DNA of 64,000 nucleotides from Bacteroidales bacterium (GTDB lineage Bacteria > Bacteroidota > Bacteroidia > Bacteroidales > FEN-979), in the NCBI GenBank assembly GCA_016783905.1, contig JADHVQ010000001.1, forward strand, positions 51,670-115,669, given 5' to 3'. The notes beneath the pieces were generated by a model. The model made no database searches. It was not told the DNA's origin and saw only the letters and a program-made list of their open reading frames with translations. Of the stretch, positions 53,083-61,648 are shown piece by piece (within the stretch, counting starts at the first letter, position 1; every line of letters begins with the position of its first letter). The translations under genes and the position numbers were made by a program.

Positions 53083-53910
53083 ATGGGAGCAAGTTACATT
53101 TTTTTTTTATGCTCGTTGATAACTACCCATTCCCCAAGCGCATCTACCCCATCCCCCGGCCCCTTCACCAAAGAGGGTCCTGTTTACGCGATTGCTATCA
53201 GGGGCACAAGTGTTAAATCCATCGGAGATATTCTTGAGGATCTGATTGCTTTTTCACTGGTTCATTTCCCTTTTGGTGAAACCAGCGATTCAGTCGCAAA
53301 AGGAATGATGGAAGGGTTTACTGCTCTCTTACTCACAAAGGATCCTGTGAAGGGAACTACCCTCGAAAAGTTTCTGCTATCTACTAACGCGAACGAAAAG
53401 ATTCCGCTTTTTATCACCGGACACAGTCAGGGTGGTGGTCTGGCTCCATTGATGGCCTACTGGCTGATGACAAATGTAAATCTCAAGGATAAATTTGTAT
53501 TCAACACCTATGCCTTTGCAGGCCCTGGCATCGTAAATAAGAGTTTCAGAGATAATTTCATGAATGCTCTTCCTCCGGATGCCTCGTTTCAGATGCTGGT
53601 GAATCCCATCGATGTGATTCCCTGGTTCTGGACCGATCTGCCAGGCATCACCGCCAACAATATCCCTGTTGCTGTTCCATGGCCATACCGGTTTCTTCTT
53701 TCAGTCGCCGAGGGTGCGCTGCAGGTCGCCGGGATAACCTACTATCATATCACAGAGGCAGATACCATTGGACGCATTCCTATCACAGATGATGTTCCCG
53801 GCATACACCCTTCCGATACCCTGAACTGGTACAACTACTGGTGGAAGATGGAGCACAAGCACGACAGCTACCTGAAAATCCTTGGCGTGAAGCCGTTGAA
53901 ACCTGTATAG
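53083..53910 (+). CDS. class 3 (alpha/beta-hydrolase) lipase family protein; 5' end uncertain
   Basis: Nucleophile elbow ITGHSQGGG. AIAIRGT upstream strand typical of Lipase_3. No signal peptide at the tracked start. Confidence 0.65.
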   Translation: MGASYIFFLCSLITTHSPSASTPSPGPFTKEGPVYAIAIRGTSVKSIGDILEDLIAFSLVHFPFGETSDSVAKGMMEGFTALLLTKDPVKGTTLEKFLLSTNANEKIPLFITGHSQGGGLAPLMAYWLMTNVNLKDKFVFNTYAFAGPGIVNKSFRDNFMNALPPDASFQMLVNPIDVIPWFWTDLPGITANNIPVAVPWPYRFLLSVAEGALQVAGITYYHITEADTIGRIPITDDVPGIHPSDTLNWYNYWWKMEHKHDSYLKILGVKPLKPV

Positions 53911-53925
53911 ATGCTGGGCCCCCTA

Positions 53926-55890
53926 TTACTTCACAACCGTAATCTTCGCCACCTTCAATCCCTGCCTGGTTACCACTTTGACGAGGTACATACCAGGTAA
54001 GAGGTTAGATACATCAATTTCCGTTTTTAAGGCGTTGATTTCCTGGATAGCCAGCTCCTGTTGACCCAGGTAAGTGGAGATTTCAATATGGTCTATTGGG
54101 CAATCACTGATCACCTTCAACATATCTGTTGCCGGATTGGGAAACACGGACAACGTTGAATGTTGAGGTTCAGGGATGGAGGTGATCACGATTTCCACCG
54201 TATCAGATGGAATGGACTCACAAAGAAAAAAAGAATAAATATCATAATTAAATATCGCGGTTATGTAATATTGAACCGCTGGAATGCTCAACGGAGGATC
54301 ACTGTCAATATATACCGTATCGGTCACCGGCTCGGGGGTTAGCAGGGCAAATGACATCATATTATCAACACTACGATACACATTGTATCCTATAAGCTCT
54401 CGATTTTCTGACTCTTGTGAGACAAGAAGCTCTTCTCCTCTTTTCGTTGTATCAGGAATCAGGATCCGGAGGGTGATCAGGTAGTCGCCGGTTGTAGTAG
54501 GAGTAAGCGCAGAATAATTGGGAAATGAACCAAAAAGGGATACTCCCTGCGGACCGGAATTGTCGGAGGAAATACGGGGATAGGCATCATCTGGGGTGTT
54601 TCCCATGGGTTGGATAAAGATCGCGACCGTTCCGCCACTCAGTCCGCTGATGCTGTCGAGGGGAACTTCCGTCTCCCATTGATCATCTCCGGTGGTATAG
54701 AATGGTCCGACAGTGGCAACCTCAGTATGGGTCAGCCAGTCTACCACATGGATCCTGTATTTCCAGATGCCGTAGTTGGCTAAAGAAGCATGGTGAAAGT
54801 CGATGGATTGCAACAGGGCATACTGATAGGCAGATAAGTCAAATAATATTCCATACACCCAATCGAAATATTGCAGAGTTGTTACAACCGGATTTCCATC
54901 ATGATAGGCGATCTCTTCCTGAATCCATGACTGAGGAGAACCCTGGTCACAGATTGGTGGGTGCCATGAAAGGATAACATCTTGACCGTTATAAATCCCG
55001 GATGGGGAGAGGGGAGGATTGCATATAGGTACCACACAAATATTGTCAAGATACCAGTTGGCGATATCCTCACTGTTCTCCCCAAATGCCCGGAACCGGA
55101 TTTTCATGATCCCTCCCCCGGCATCCGGAATCTCATAGTGGTAACTTTCCCACCCAAACGATCCGGTGTTGTCAAATAGGTCAATCAGGTGCCACATCTC
55201 ATTATAAAAAAGTTCCACTGCCAGTTTCTCTGTGCCTGTTGAATTGATGTCATCCAACCTGATATCGAAATCAACATGGAATGTGGCACAAGTAAAAGGC
55301 CATGACATGATTTGAATATTCATCATGATATACGTGTAATTGGTATCGGCAGGGATGCCCGTAAAAGTGGCAGCAGGAGCTGGATACCCTTCAACGGTCG
55401 TGATAGACCAGTTTCCCTGACCGGGATGGAAACTCCAGTCATGGTATGCAAATGATGCCTGATCCCAATATTCACAAAATATCGGAGGGATACTGCACAT
55501 AATGGTAATCTCTGCTGGACCTTCCTGATCTGATTCATCAAAAAAACCGGGATAACCGTACATGGTCAGGTCGTAATAAGCCGATACGGAATAGGTGTGG
55601 TCCCCGTGTATGACCGTAAAATCGTAAGCCCAGGTAGTATCGTGCCCTGATATGTATGCCAGGTAAGCGCCATCCCGGTAAATCCGGTATCCGATAAGTC
55701 CGGGAGGTGTCACAGGTTGTGGTTCGTCCCAGGCAAGGTAAACGGAACATTCTACCCCTGCAACTTGCAGGTTCGTTGGAGGATATAAGGTGTACAAAGG
55801 GGTCTGAGCCTGAAGCGCTATACCCATTAACATGAGAAGGATTAATAACGGCCCTCTCACAGGTGCTGATATGGATGGTATATAAAACAT
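53926..55890 (-). CDS. secreted protein with T9SS C-terminal sorting domain (function unknown)
   Basis: Start trimmed to MFYIPSISAPVRGPLLILLMLMGIALQAQ (ATG 55890), because the longer ORF overlaps the OmpA-like gene. C-terminus LSVFPNPATDMLKV...LPGMYLVKVVT. Confidence 0.7.
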   Translation of the reverse strand: MFYIPSISAPVRGPLLILLMLMGIALQAQTPLYTLYPPTNLQVAGVECSVYLAWDEPQPVTPPGLIGYRIYRDGAYLAYISGHDTTWAYDFTVIHGDHTYSVSAYYDLTMYGYPGFFDESDQEGPAEITIMCSIPPIFCEYWDQASFAYHDWSFHPGQGNWSITTVEGYPAPAATFTGIPADTNYTYIMMNIQIMSWPFTCATFHVDFDIRLDDINSTGTEKLAVELFYNEMWHLIDLFDNTGSFGWESYHYEIPDAGGGIMKIRFRAFGENSEDIANWYLDNICVVPICNPPLSPSGIYNGQDVILSWHPPICDQGSPQSWIQEEIAYHDGNPVVTTLQYFDWVYGILFDLSAYQYALLQSIDFHHASLANYGIWKYRIHVVDWLTHTEVATVGPFYTTGDDQWETEVPLDSISGLSGGTVAIFIQPMGNTPDDAYPRISSDNSGPQGVSLFGSFPNYSALTPTTTGDYLITLRILIPDTTKRGEELLVSQESENRELIGYNVYRSVDNMMSFALLTPEPVTDTVYIDSDPPLSIPAVQYYITAIFNYDIYSFFLCESIPSDTVEIVITSIPEPQHSTLSVFPNPATDMLKVISDCPIDHIEISTYLGQQELAIQEINALKTEIDVSNLLPGMYLVKVVTRQGLKVAKITVVK

Positions 55891-55948
55891 ATGGGAATAT
55901 AATTTGGATGAAAAAAAGTATGAACTACAGGCATATACTTGCCCGATA

Positions 55949-55956
55949 CAAATATA
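55949..55956 (-). promoter_or_regulatory. candidate -7 box (TATATTTG)
   Basis: Minus-strand TATATTTG, ~58 nt upstream of ATG 55890. Confidence 0.35.
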
Positions 55957-56002
55957 TAAAAATAACCTAATAGATGCAAGAAAAAAATATCGTAGATTCC
56001 GC

Positions 56003-58000
56003 CTACCTCCCCACAATCCTGAACTCTGTCCGCCGGTTGTTGGCCCGGCCGGCTTCGGTGTCGTTGGTGTCGATGGGATTGTCAAATCCATAGCCGGAAT
56101 AGGTCATGCGGTCATATGAAATACCCTGGTCGACAAGGTAGTTGAATACTGCCTTCGCCCTGTTTTCAGACAATTCCAGGTTGTGCTCCTCAGAGCCTAT
56201 GATGTCGGTATGGCCGCTGATCTCGATTTTCAGTGATGGATTAGTCCTTAGGAGATGTACTAGTTTCTCTAGTTCGATGTAAGATATAGGTTTTAAGTCG
56301 TACTTATCCGTATCAAAAAAAATGTTTTTCAGCACCACGGTTTCTCCTACCCTGATGGGTTGGAGGGGGATATTTTTCAGAAAAGGTTTCGCCTGATCAC
56401 GGATGCCGGTCAATGCAAAATTATCTGAATAAAACAGATACCCTTCACGGGAAACATTCAGCGCATAATCCCGGTCGGCAGGTAAACAAACCAGAAAAGA
56501 TCCATCAACCGGGTCGGAGATAGATTGAACGGCAACCTCGTTGCGTTCCAGGTCAGTTAGCTCAAAATGGGCTTGCAGGAGATTTCCGGTCTCTTTATCG
56601 AAGACAATCCCTTTCAGGTAGGTGACCGGATTGGGCTGTGCCTCTTTGTATAGCGGAAAAGAGTAAATATCCTGCCTCCCTTTTCCCCCAAACTTATCGG
56701 AAGAGATGTACGCAACATCTCCGGTGGAGTTTACGACCAGGGTAATTTCATCGGCGTAGGTGTTGATCGGATAGCCCAGGTTTTCAGGCGTCTGCCAGGC
56801 GCCATCCAGCTTCCTGCGGGTATAGAAGAGGTCGAGACCTCCCATCCCCTCATGTCCTTTTGAAGCAAAATATAACGTTTGATCATCAGGATGGATGAAG
56901 GGATTTTGTTCCTCTCCGGCGGTATTCACCGAGTCGCCCAGGTTGACGGGAGGGGTCCAGTCACCCGTGGGCAATAACTCGCTCTTCCAGATGTCGCTGC
57001 TCCCCTTTCCACCGGATCGTTTGCTTGCAAAATAAAGCGTTTTGCCGTCAGAGGAGAAAGAGGGCTGTGAATCCCAGGTCATAGAATTGACCACCGGTCC
57101 CAGGTTCCGGGGTGCCGACCACCGGTTACCCATCTTCCACGACCAGTAAATATCGCAACTCCCGAAGCCATCTTCACGCTGACAGGCAGCAAAAAACAGC
57201 AACTGTCCATCAGGAGAGATGGAGATCGCCCCTTCGTTCCCACGTGTGTTGATGGGCGGCCCCAGGTTATAAGCCCTGAGCCAGGCAGAATCGCCGGAGA
57301 GGGAGGAAAGGTAGAAATCCTCTTCAATGGCTTCTGATCTCACGTCGGTAATGGCTCTGGTAGGCAGGCGGCGGGTGAAATAGAGCGTCTGCTTATCGGA
57401 GGAGATGGCATTGATGTATTCGTCGTGCATGGTATTGATGCTATCGCCCAAATTAACAGGATTGAATGGCACCGGGTGGCTTACCATCTCTATCCCGAAG
57501 TCACACCTGTGGATGTTCTCCTCGGTTTGCCATCGCCGGTTGGAAGGCCCTTTATTAAAGGAGAGATACCTGATATAATCCCGTTTTGCCTCTTCGTACC
57601 GACCCGTAAGTAGTTTCAGGTTCCCCAGAATCACATAGAGGTTATAATCCAGGCCGGGAAGCAGCTGAACCGCCTGGCCGTAATTCGTAATCGCTCCCTC
57701 CATATCGTGTTGCTCTGCCGCCAGATCTCCTTTCAGGGCATAGGCTTCGGCAAAACCGGGGTCAGCCTCCAGCGCTTTCCCCAGGGAAGCAATAGCCTGA
57801 GAAAAATCCCTCCGCTGGTACTGCTCATAAGCCTGTTGATAAAATTTCTTTGCTTTTTTGGAAGAGCTAGAGAGGCTTTGTGAAGATTGAGCCAGTGACT
57901 CGTGACCGGTGACCAGTGACCAGTAACCAGTGAGTGGTGAGTAGTGAATAGTGAGTAGTGAGAAGCAAAAAAGGAGAGATATTTTTAGGAGTGTTTTCAT
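56003..58000 (-). CDS. OmpA-family peptidoglycan-binding protein with TPR, PD40/TolB-like beta-propeller repeats
   Basis: 665 aa. TPR region (AEAYALKGDLAAE..). Repeated TLYF(A/T)S(K/R)R propeller motifs. C-terminal OmpA_C (FDTDKYDL...SGHTD..G....N..LS..RA..V..YL). N-terminal region contains the heptamer array. Confidence 0.85.
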   Translation of the reverse strand: MKTLLKISLLFCFSLLTIHYSPLTGYWSLVTGHESLAQSSQSLSSSSKKAKKFYQQAYEQYQRRDFSQAIASLGKALEADPGFAEAYALKGDLAAEQHDMEGAITNYGQAVQLLPGLDYNLYVILGNLKLLTGRYEEAKRDYIRYLSFNKGPSNRRWQTEENIHRCDFGIEMVSHPVPFNPVNLGDSINTMHDEYINAISSDKQTLYFTRRLPTRAITDVRSEAIEEDFYLSSLSGDSAWLRAYNLGPPINTRGNEGAISISPDGQLLFFAACQREDGFGSCDIYWSWKMGNRWSAPRNLGPVVNSMTWDSQPSFSSDGKTLYFASKRSGGKGSSDIWKSELLPTGDWTPPVNLGDSVNTAGEEQNPFIHPDDQTLYFASKGHEGMGGLDLFYTRRKLDGAWQTPENLGYPINTYADEITLVVNSTGDVAYISSDKFGGKGRQDIYSFPLYKEAQPNPVTYLKGIVFDKETGNLLQAHFELTDLERNEVAVQSISDPVDGSFLVCLPADRDYALNVSREGYLFYSDNFALTGIRDQAKPFLKNIPLQPIRVGETVVLKNIFFDTDKYDLKPISYIELEKLVHLLRTNPSLKIEISGHTDIIGSEEHNLELSENRAKAVFNYLVDQGISYDRMTYSGYGFDNPIDTNDTEAGRANNRRTEFRIVGR
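57895..57964. repeat. two-block heptamer array (GTGACCN x5, GTGAGTA-type x5) inside the OmpA-like coding region
   Basis: gtgactc gtgaccg gtgacca gtgacca gtaacca gtgagtg gtgagta gtgaata gtgagta gtgagaa. Translated as LLTIHYSPLTGYWSLVTGH just after the signal-peptide core. Confidence 0.85.
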
Positions 58001-58782
58001 GGTATCCCAATGTACTTATGCATCTGCAGTGAGAGTTTCCAGGCAGGATTGGATTCGATGTAGCGAATGATGTTTGGCAACATGATTTCGCGTAGGCTCC
58101 ATTCAGGCTGAAGAAAGAGGTGTGCATGGGGGTTCATCCGGTCGGCCTGCTCTTCCGCCCACCCGAAATCCTCCTCTTCATGGATGATCACTTTGAGCTC
58201 ATGGCTGATGGTATAAAACTCCTCCCGGGGAGGCCAGTCACGTTTGGGAGAGAGGCAGATCCAGTTCCAGGAGCCGGAAAGAGGCTGTGAGCCGGAGGTC
58301 TCGAGAAAAGTCGTTACGATTTTAGATGTACGATTTACGATATTCGAAGTTCGATGATGCCCCCAAACCCCCTGAAGGGGGCTTACTCCCTCCCCTTCAG
58401 GGGAGGGTTGGGGTGGGGTAATCTCTTGAACCTTGAACCTTCCGCGAGCGCTGAAGCTACTCTGCGGAGTCGCTGAATTTTGAACCTGTAATTGTTCACA
58501 AAGATAGTCGAGGTTATATAGCAGGGGCTCACCGCCGGTGACAACGACCGCATTGGCCGGGCACTTCAGAGCCTTCGCAACCACTTTATCGGTTTCAACA
58601 GGAGGGAAAAGATCGGCGTCCCAGGATTCTTTAACATCGCACCATGTACAACCTACATCGCACCCGCCAATCCGGATGAACCACGCAGCCTCTCCCGTAT
58701 GATATCCCTCTCCCTGGAGGGAGTAGAACTCCTCCATCACTGGAAGCAACATACCAGATTCTAAAAGCTCTTGCTGGGTCAT
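57997..58782 (-). CDS. queE: 7-carboxy-7-deazaguanine synthase (radical SAM) carrying a 60-codon repeat-derived in-frame insertion
   Basis: FYSLQGEGYHTG, CDVGCTWCD (CxxxCxxC), VVTGGEPL, FLETSG, LSLQMHKYIGIP. Residues ~99-158 are encoded by repeat modules. ATGA overlap with the downstream gene. Confidence 0.8.
   Translation of the reverse strand: MTQQELLESGMLLPVMEEFYSLQGEGYHTGEAAWFIRIGGCDVGCTWCDVKESWDADLFPPVETDKVVAKALKCPANAVVVTGGEPLLYNLDYLCEQLQVQNSATPQSSFSARGRFKVQEITPPQPSPEGEGVSPLQGVWGHHRTSNIVNRTSKIVTTFLETSGSQPLSGSWNWICLSPKRDWPPREEFYTISHELKVIIHEEEDFGWAEEQADRMNPHAHLFLQPEWSLREIMLPNIIRYIESNPAWKLSLQMHKYIGIP
58309..58488. repeat. 180-nt composite repeat insertion: CGATNNN heptamers x7 + GC nested hairpins + CTTGAAC-type heptamers
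   Basis: 58310-58358 is cgatttt agatgta cgattta cgatatt cgaagtt cgatgat. 58360-58420 is cccccaaaccccctgaagggggcttactccctccccttcaggggagggttggggtgggg. 58425-58487 is cttgaac cttgaac .... Confidence 0.85.
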
Positions 58783-58793
58783 GATTCACTTAT

Positions 58794-58878
<85 letters not shown>

Positions 58879-58897
<19 letters not shown>

Positions 58898-59766
58898 TGT
58901 TTCGCCGCTTTCAGCGTATTCTGCAGCAGCGATACGATTGTCATCGGCCCCACGCCGCCGGGTACAGGGGTGATGTAGCTGCATTTTTTACTGACCTTGT
59001 CGAAGTCGACATCACCGGTCAGACGGAAGCCTGATTTTTTTGATTCGTCCGGTATCCTGTGCATACCTACATCAATCACAACTGCGTCCTTCTTTACCAT
59101 ATCACCGGTCACAAAATGTTGTCGCCCCATGGCGATAATCAGGATATCAGCTTCCCGCGTGTGTTTTGGAATATCCTTCGTAAAGCTGTGACAAAGTGTT
59201 ACCGTACAGTTTCCGGGAGTGGCTTTCCTGGAGAGCAGGATGCTGATCGGGGTTCCCACGATATGGCTTCGCCCGAGGACCACACAATTCTTCCCGGCAG
59301 TGTCAATGTCGTACCGCTCCAGCATCGTCATGATTCCCATCGGGGTAGCAGGTAATAGGGCAGGCAATCCAAGCATCATCCTGCCCAGGTTGACCGGATG
59401 GAACCCATCGATGTCTTTTACAGGAAGGATCCGTTCAATCACCTTCTGTTCATCTATGTGCCTGGGAAGTGGAAGTTGCACAATAAAACCGTCAATTTCA
59501 TCGTCGTTGTTCAGAAAGTCAACCACCTCCAGTAATTCCGGTTCACAGATGGTGTCGGGATACCGGTAGATGGATGACAGCATGCCAACGGCATGACTGT
59601 TTTTCTCTTTGGATGCTACGTAGGTCTGACTGGCAGGGTCTTCGCCCACCAGGACAGCTGCCAGGTGAGGAGCTCGTGCCCCCCCGTTGATCATCGAAGC
59701 CACCTCTTTGGCGATCTCCAGTTTTATTTTAGCAGCTAGTTCTTTACCATCTAAAAGTGTCACCAT
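58879..59766 (-). CDS. folD: bifunctional methylenetetrahydrofolate dehydrogenase/cyclohydrolase
   Basis: Start trimmed to MVTLLDGKELAAKIK (ATG 59766). GRSHIVGTPISILL and PVPGGVGPMT motifs. The last five codons and the stop are supplied by the repeat element. Confidence 0.9.
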
Positions 59767-59789
59767 GTCAGTACGTATTGATTGATAAC

Positions 59790-59950
59790 CAATTAAACTC
59801 CAAGAATCAAATACCAAATAACAAACAATAATCAAAGTCCAGTTTTCGAATATCCAAACAGTGAAACCTGCTGTATATCTTGATTCTGTTTTGGTCCTTT
59901 GAATTTGAATGTTGGAATTTATTTGTCATTTGGCATTTGGATATTGGTAA
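59790..59950. repeat. AT-rich dyad element (copy 2) between ffh and folD
   Basis: ccaagaatcaaataccaaataacaaacaataatcaaagtccagttttcgaatatccaaaca ... tttgaatttgaatgttggaatttatttgtcatttggcatttggatattgg. Confidence 0.65.
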
Positions 59951-61285
59951 TTAATTCCTCTTCATGTTCCTCATCATCTGTCCCATATTCCTCCCCTTAC
60001 CGGTGGTCATCATCCGCATCATTTTGCGGGTATCTTCGAACTGTTTCAGTACGCGGTTTACATCCTGGATGGTGGAGCCGGCGCCTTCCGCGATACGCCT
60101 TCTGCGGCTGCCGTTCATCACCGAGGGGTCAGATCGCTCCAGCGGCGTCATGGAATAGATGATGGCCTCAATCCCTTTGAAGGCATTGTCGTCGATATCG
60201 AGGTTACGGATCGCTTTCTCCATCCCGGGGATCATTCCCATCAGGTCCTTCACGTTCCCCATCTTCTTGATATGTTTGATCTGAGCCAGGAAGTCGTTGA
60301 AGTCGAACTGGTTCTTTGCGATCTTCTTCTGAAGCTGCTTTGCCTCCTCTTCGTTGTATTGTTCCTGAGCCTTCTCAACGAGAGAGACAATATCGCCCAT
60401 CCCCAGGATCCGGTCGGCCATCCGGGAGGGGTAAAAGACATCGATGGCATCCATCTTCTCACCGATCCCGACAAATTTGATCGGCTTATTAACCACCGCC
60501 TTAATGCTGAGGGCAGCTCCACCCCGGGTATCCCCGTCGAGCTTGGTGAGCACCACCCCATTAAAATCCAGCAGATCGTTGAAGGCTTTGGCTGTATTGA
60601 CCGCATCCTGACCGGTCATCGAGTCGACCACAAAAAGGGTCTCGTGCGGGCTTGTCGCCTGCTTGATGTCCGCGATCTCTTTCATCATCTCCTCATCGAT
60701 AGCCAGTCGTCCTGCAGTATCCACGATCACAGCCTGGTACCCGTACTCCCTGGCATACTTTACGGCACTCTTTGCAATCTTCACCGGTTCTTTACTCCCC
60801 TCCTCCGTGAATACCTCCACCCCTATCTGCTCACCCAGTACTTTAAGCTGATCGATAGCAGCCGGCCGGTATACGTCGCCGGCAACCAGGAGAACCTTCT
60901 TATTCCGTTTGGTTTTCAGATGGTTGGCCAGTTTGGCCGAAAAGGTTGTTTTGCCGGAGCCCTGCAGACCAGCGATCAGGACAATGGCCGGATCTCCCTT
61001 CAGATTGATCTCCGACTGCTCTCCTCCCATCAGTGCGGCCAGCTCGTCATGTACGATCTTCACCATCAACTGACCGGGGGATACTGCCGTTAACACATTC
61101 TGTCCCAGTGCTTTTTCTTTGATATCATCCGTAAACTGCTTGGCGATCTTATAGCTGACGTCGGCATCCAGGAGTGCTTTCCTGACATCTTTCAATGTTT
61201 CGGCCACATTGATCTCGGTAATGTGCCCATGTCCTTTGAGAACCTTAAACGCTTTGTCCAGTTTATCACTTAATCCTTCAAACAT
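59951..61285 (-). CDS. ffh: signal recognition particle protein Ffh
   Basis: 444 aa. GLQGSGKTT, DTAGR, TKLDGD, and a Met-rich C-terminal M domain. Confidence 0.95.
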   Translation of the reverse strand: MFEGLSDKLDKAFKVLKGHGHITEINVAETLKDVRKALLDADVSYKIAKQFTDDIKEKALGQNVLTAVSPGQLMVKIVHDELAALMGGEQSEINLKGDPAIVLIAGLQGSGKTTFSAKLANHLKTKRNKKVLLVAGDVYRPAAIDQLKVLGEQIGVEVFTEEGSKEPVKIAKSAVKYAREYGYQAVIVDTAGRLAIDEEMMKEIADIKQATSPHETLFVVDSMTGQDAVNTAKAFNDLLDFNGVVLTKLDGDTRGGAALSIKAVVNKPIKFVGIGEKMDAIDVFYPSRMADRILGMGDIVSLVEKAQEQYNEEEAKQLQKKIAKNQFDFNDFLAQIKHIKKMGNVKDLMGMIPGMEKAIRNLDIDDNAFKGIEAIIYSMTPLERSDPSVMNGSRRRRIAEGAGSTIQDVNRVLKQFEDTRKMMRMMTTGKGRNMGQMMRNMKRN

Positions 61286-61317
61286 AATTTGGTTTGCGCT
61301 AAATAATAAAAGAGGTG

Positions 61318-61325
61318 CAAAGTTA
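61318..61325 (-). promoter_or_regulatory. candidate -7 box (TAACTTTG) for ffh
   Basis: Minus-strand TAACTTTG, 33 nt upstream of ATG 61285. Confidence 0.4.
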
Positions 61326-61399
61326 TAAATTCCGGCAGATTTTTTTTCAGATCAAAATTTGAAGCCGTTACATCATTTACCCTTGGGGTGATTCTTCCG

Positions 61400-61549
61400 A
61401 TGGACCAGGATAAAGGCCCTTTACGTGAAAAAGCTCTCCGAACGGCCATGGATGAGATCAACACCATCACACCTTATGCCATTTTCAGGATCAGCGGAAA
61501 CCCGGGTGCCTATTATCTGGAGATCATCTCGATCGTTTATCCCGAATAA
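61400..61549 (+). CDS. possible small ORF (49 aa), unsupported by homology
   Basis: ATG..TAA frame MDQDKGPLREKALRTAMDEINTITPYAIFRISGNPGAYYLEIISIVYPE in a 360-nt gap. Below the ORF-track cutoff, no recognisable family. Confidence 0.2.
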   Translation: MDQDKGPLREKALRTAMDEINTITPYAIFRISGNPGAYYLEIISIVYPE

Positions 61550-61598
61550 TTTTCTCAAGATTTTGTCGATAAATTAGACGGAATATTTGATTTCTTTG

Positions 61599-61606
61599 TA
61601 AGTTTG
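61599..61606 (+). promoter_or_regulatory. candidate -7 box (TAAGTTTG)
   Basis: TAAGTTTG, 43 nt before ATG 61649. Confidence 0.35.
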
Positions 61607-61648
61607 TTGTGAAAAGCAAGCATTAATTATTCACAAAAATTGTATGCC

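Noticed and set aside
52833-53084. 83-aa minus-strand ORF starting MSEIYDYIII.., reminiscent of an FAD-binding N-terminus. A 75-aa plus-strand ORF overlaps it.
   Set aside because: No GxGxxG motif follows and the rest runs into the AT-rich repeat. It overlaps the lipase start head-to-head. I cannot support either ORF.
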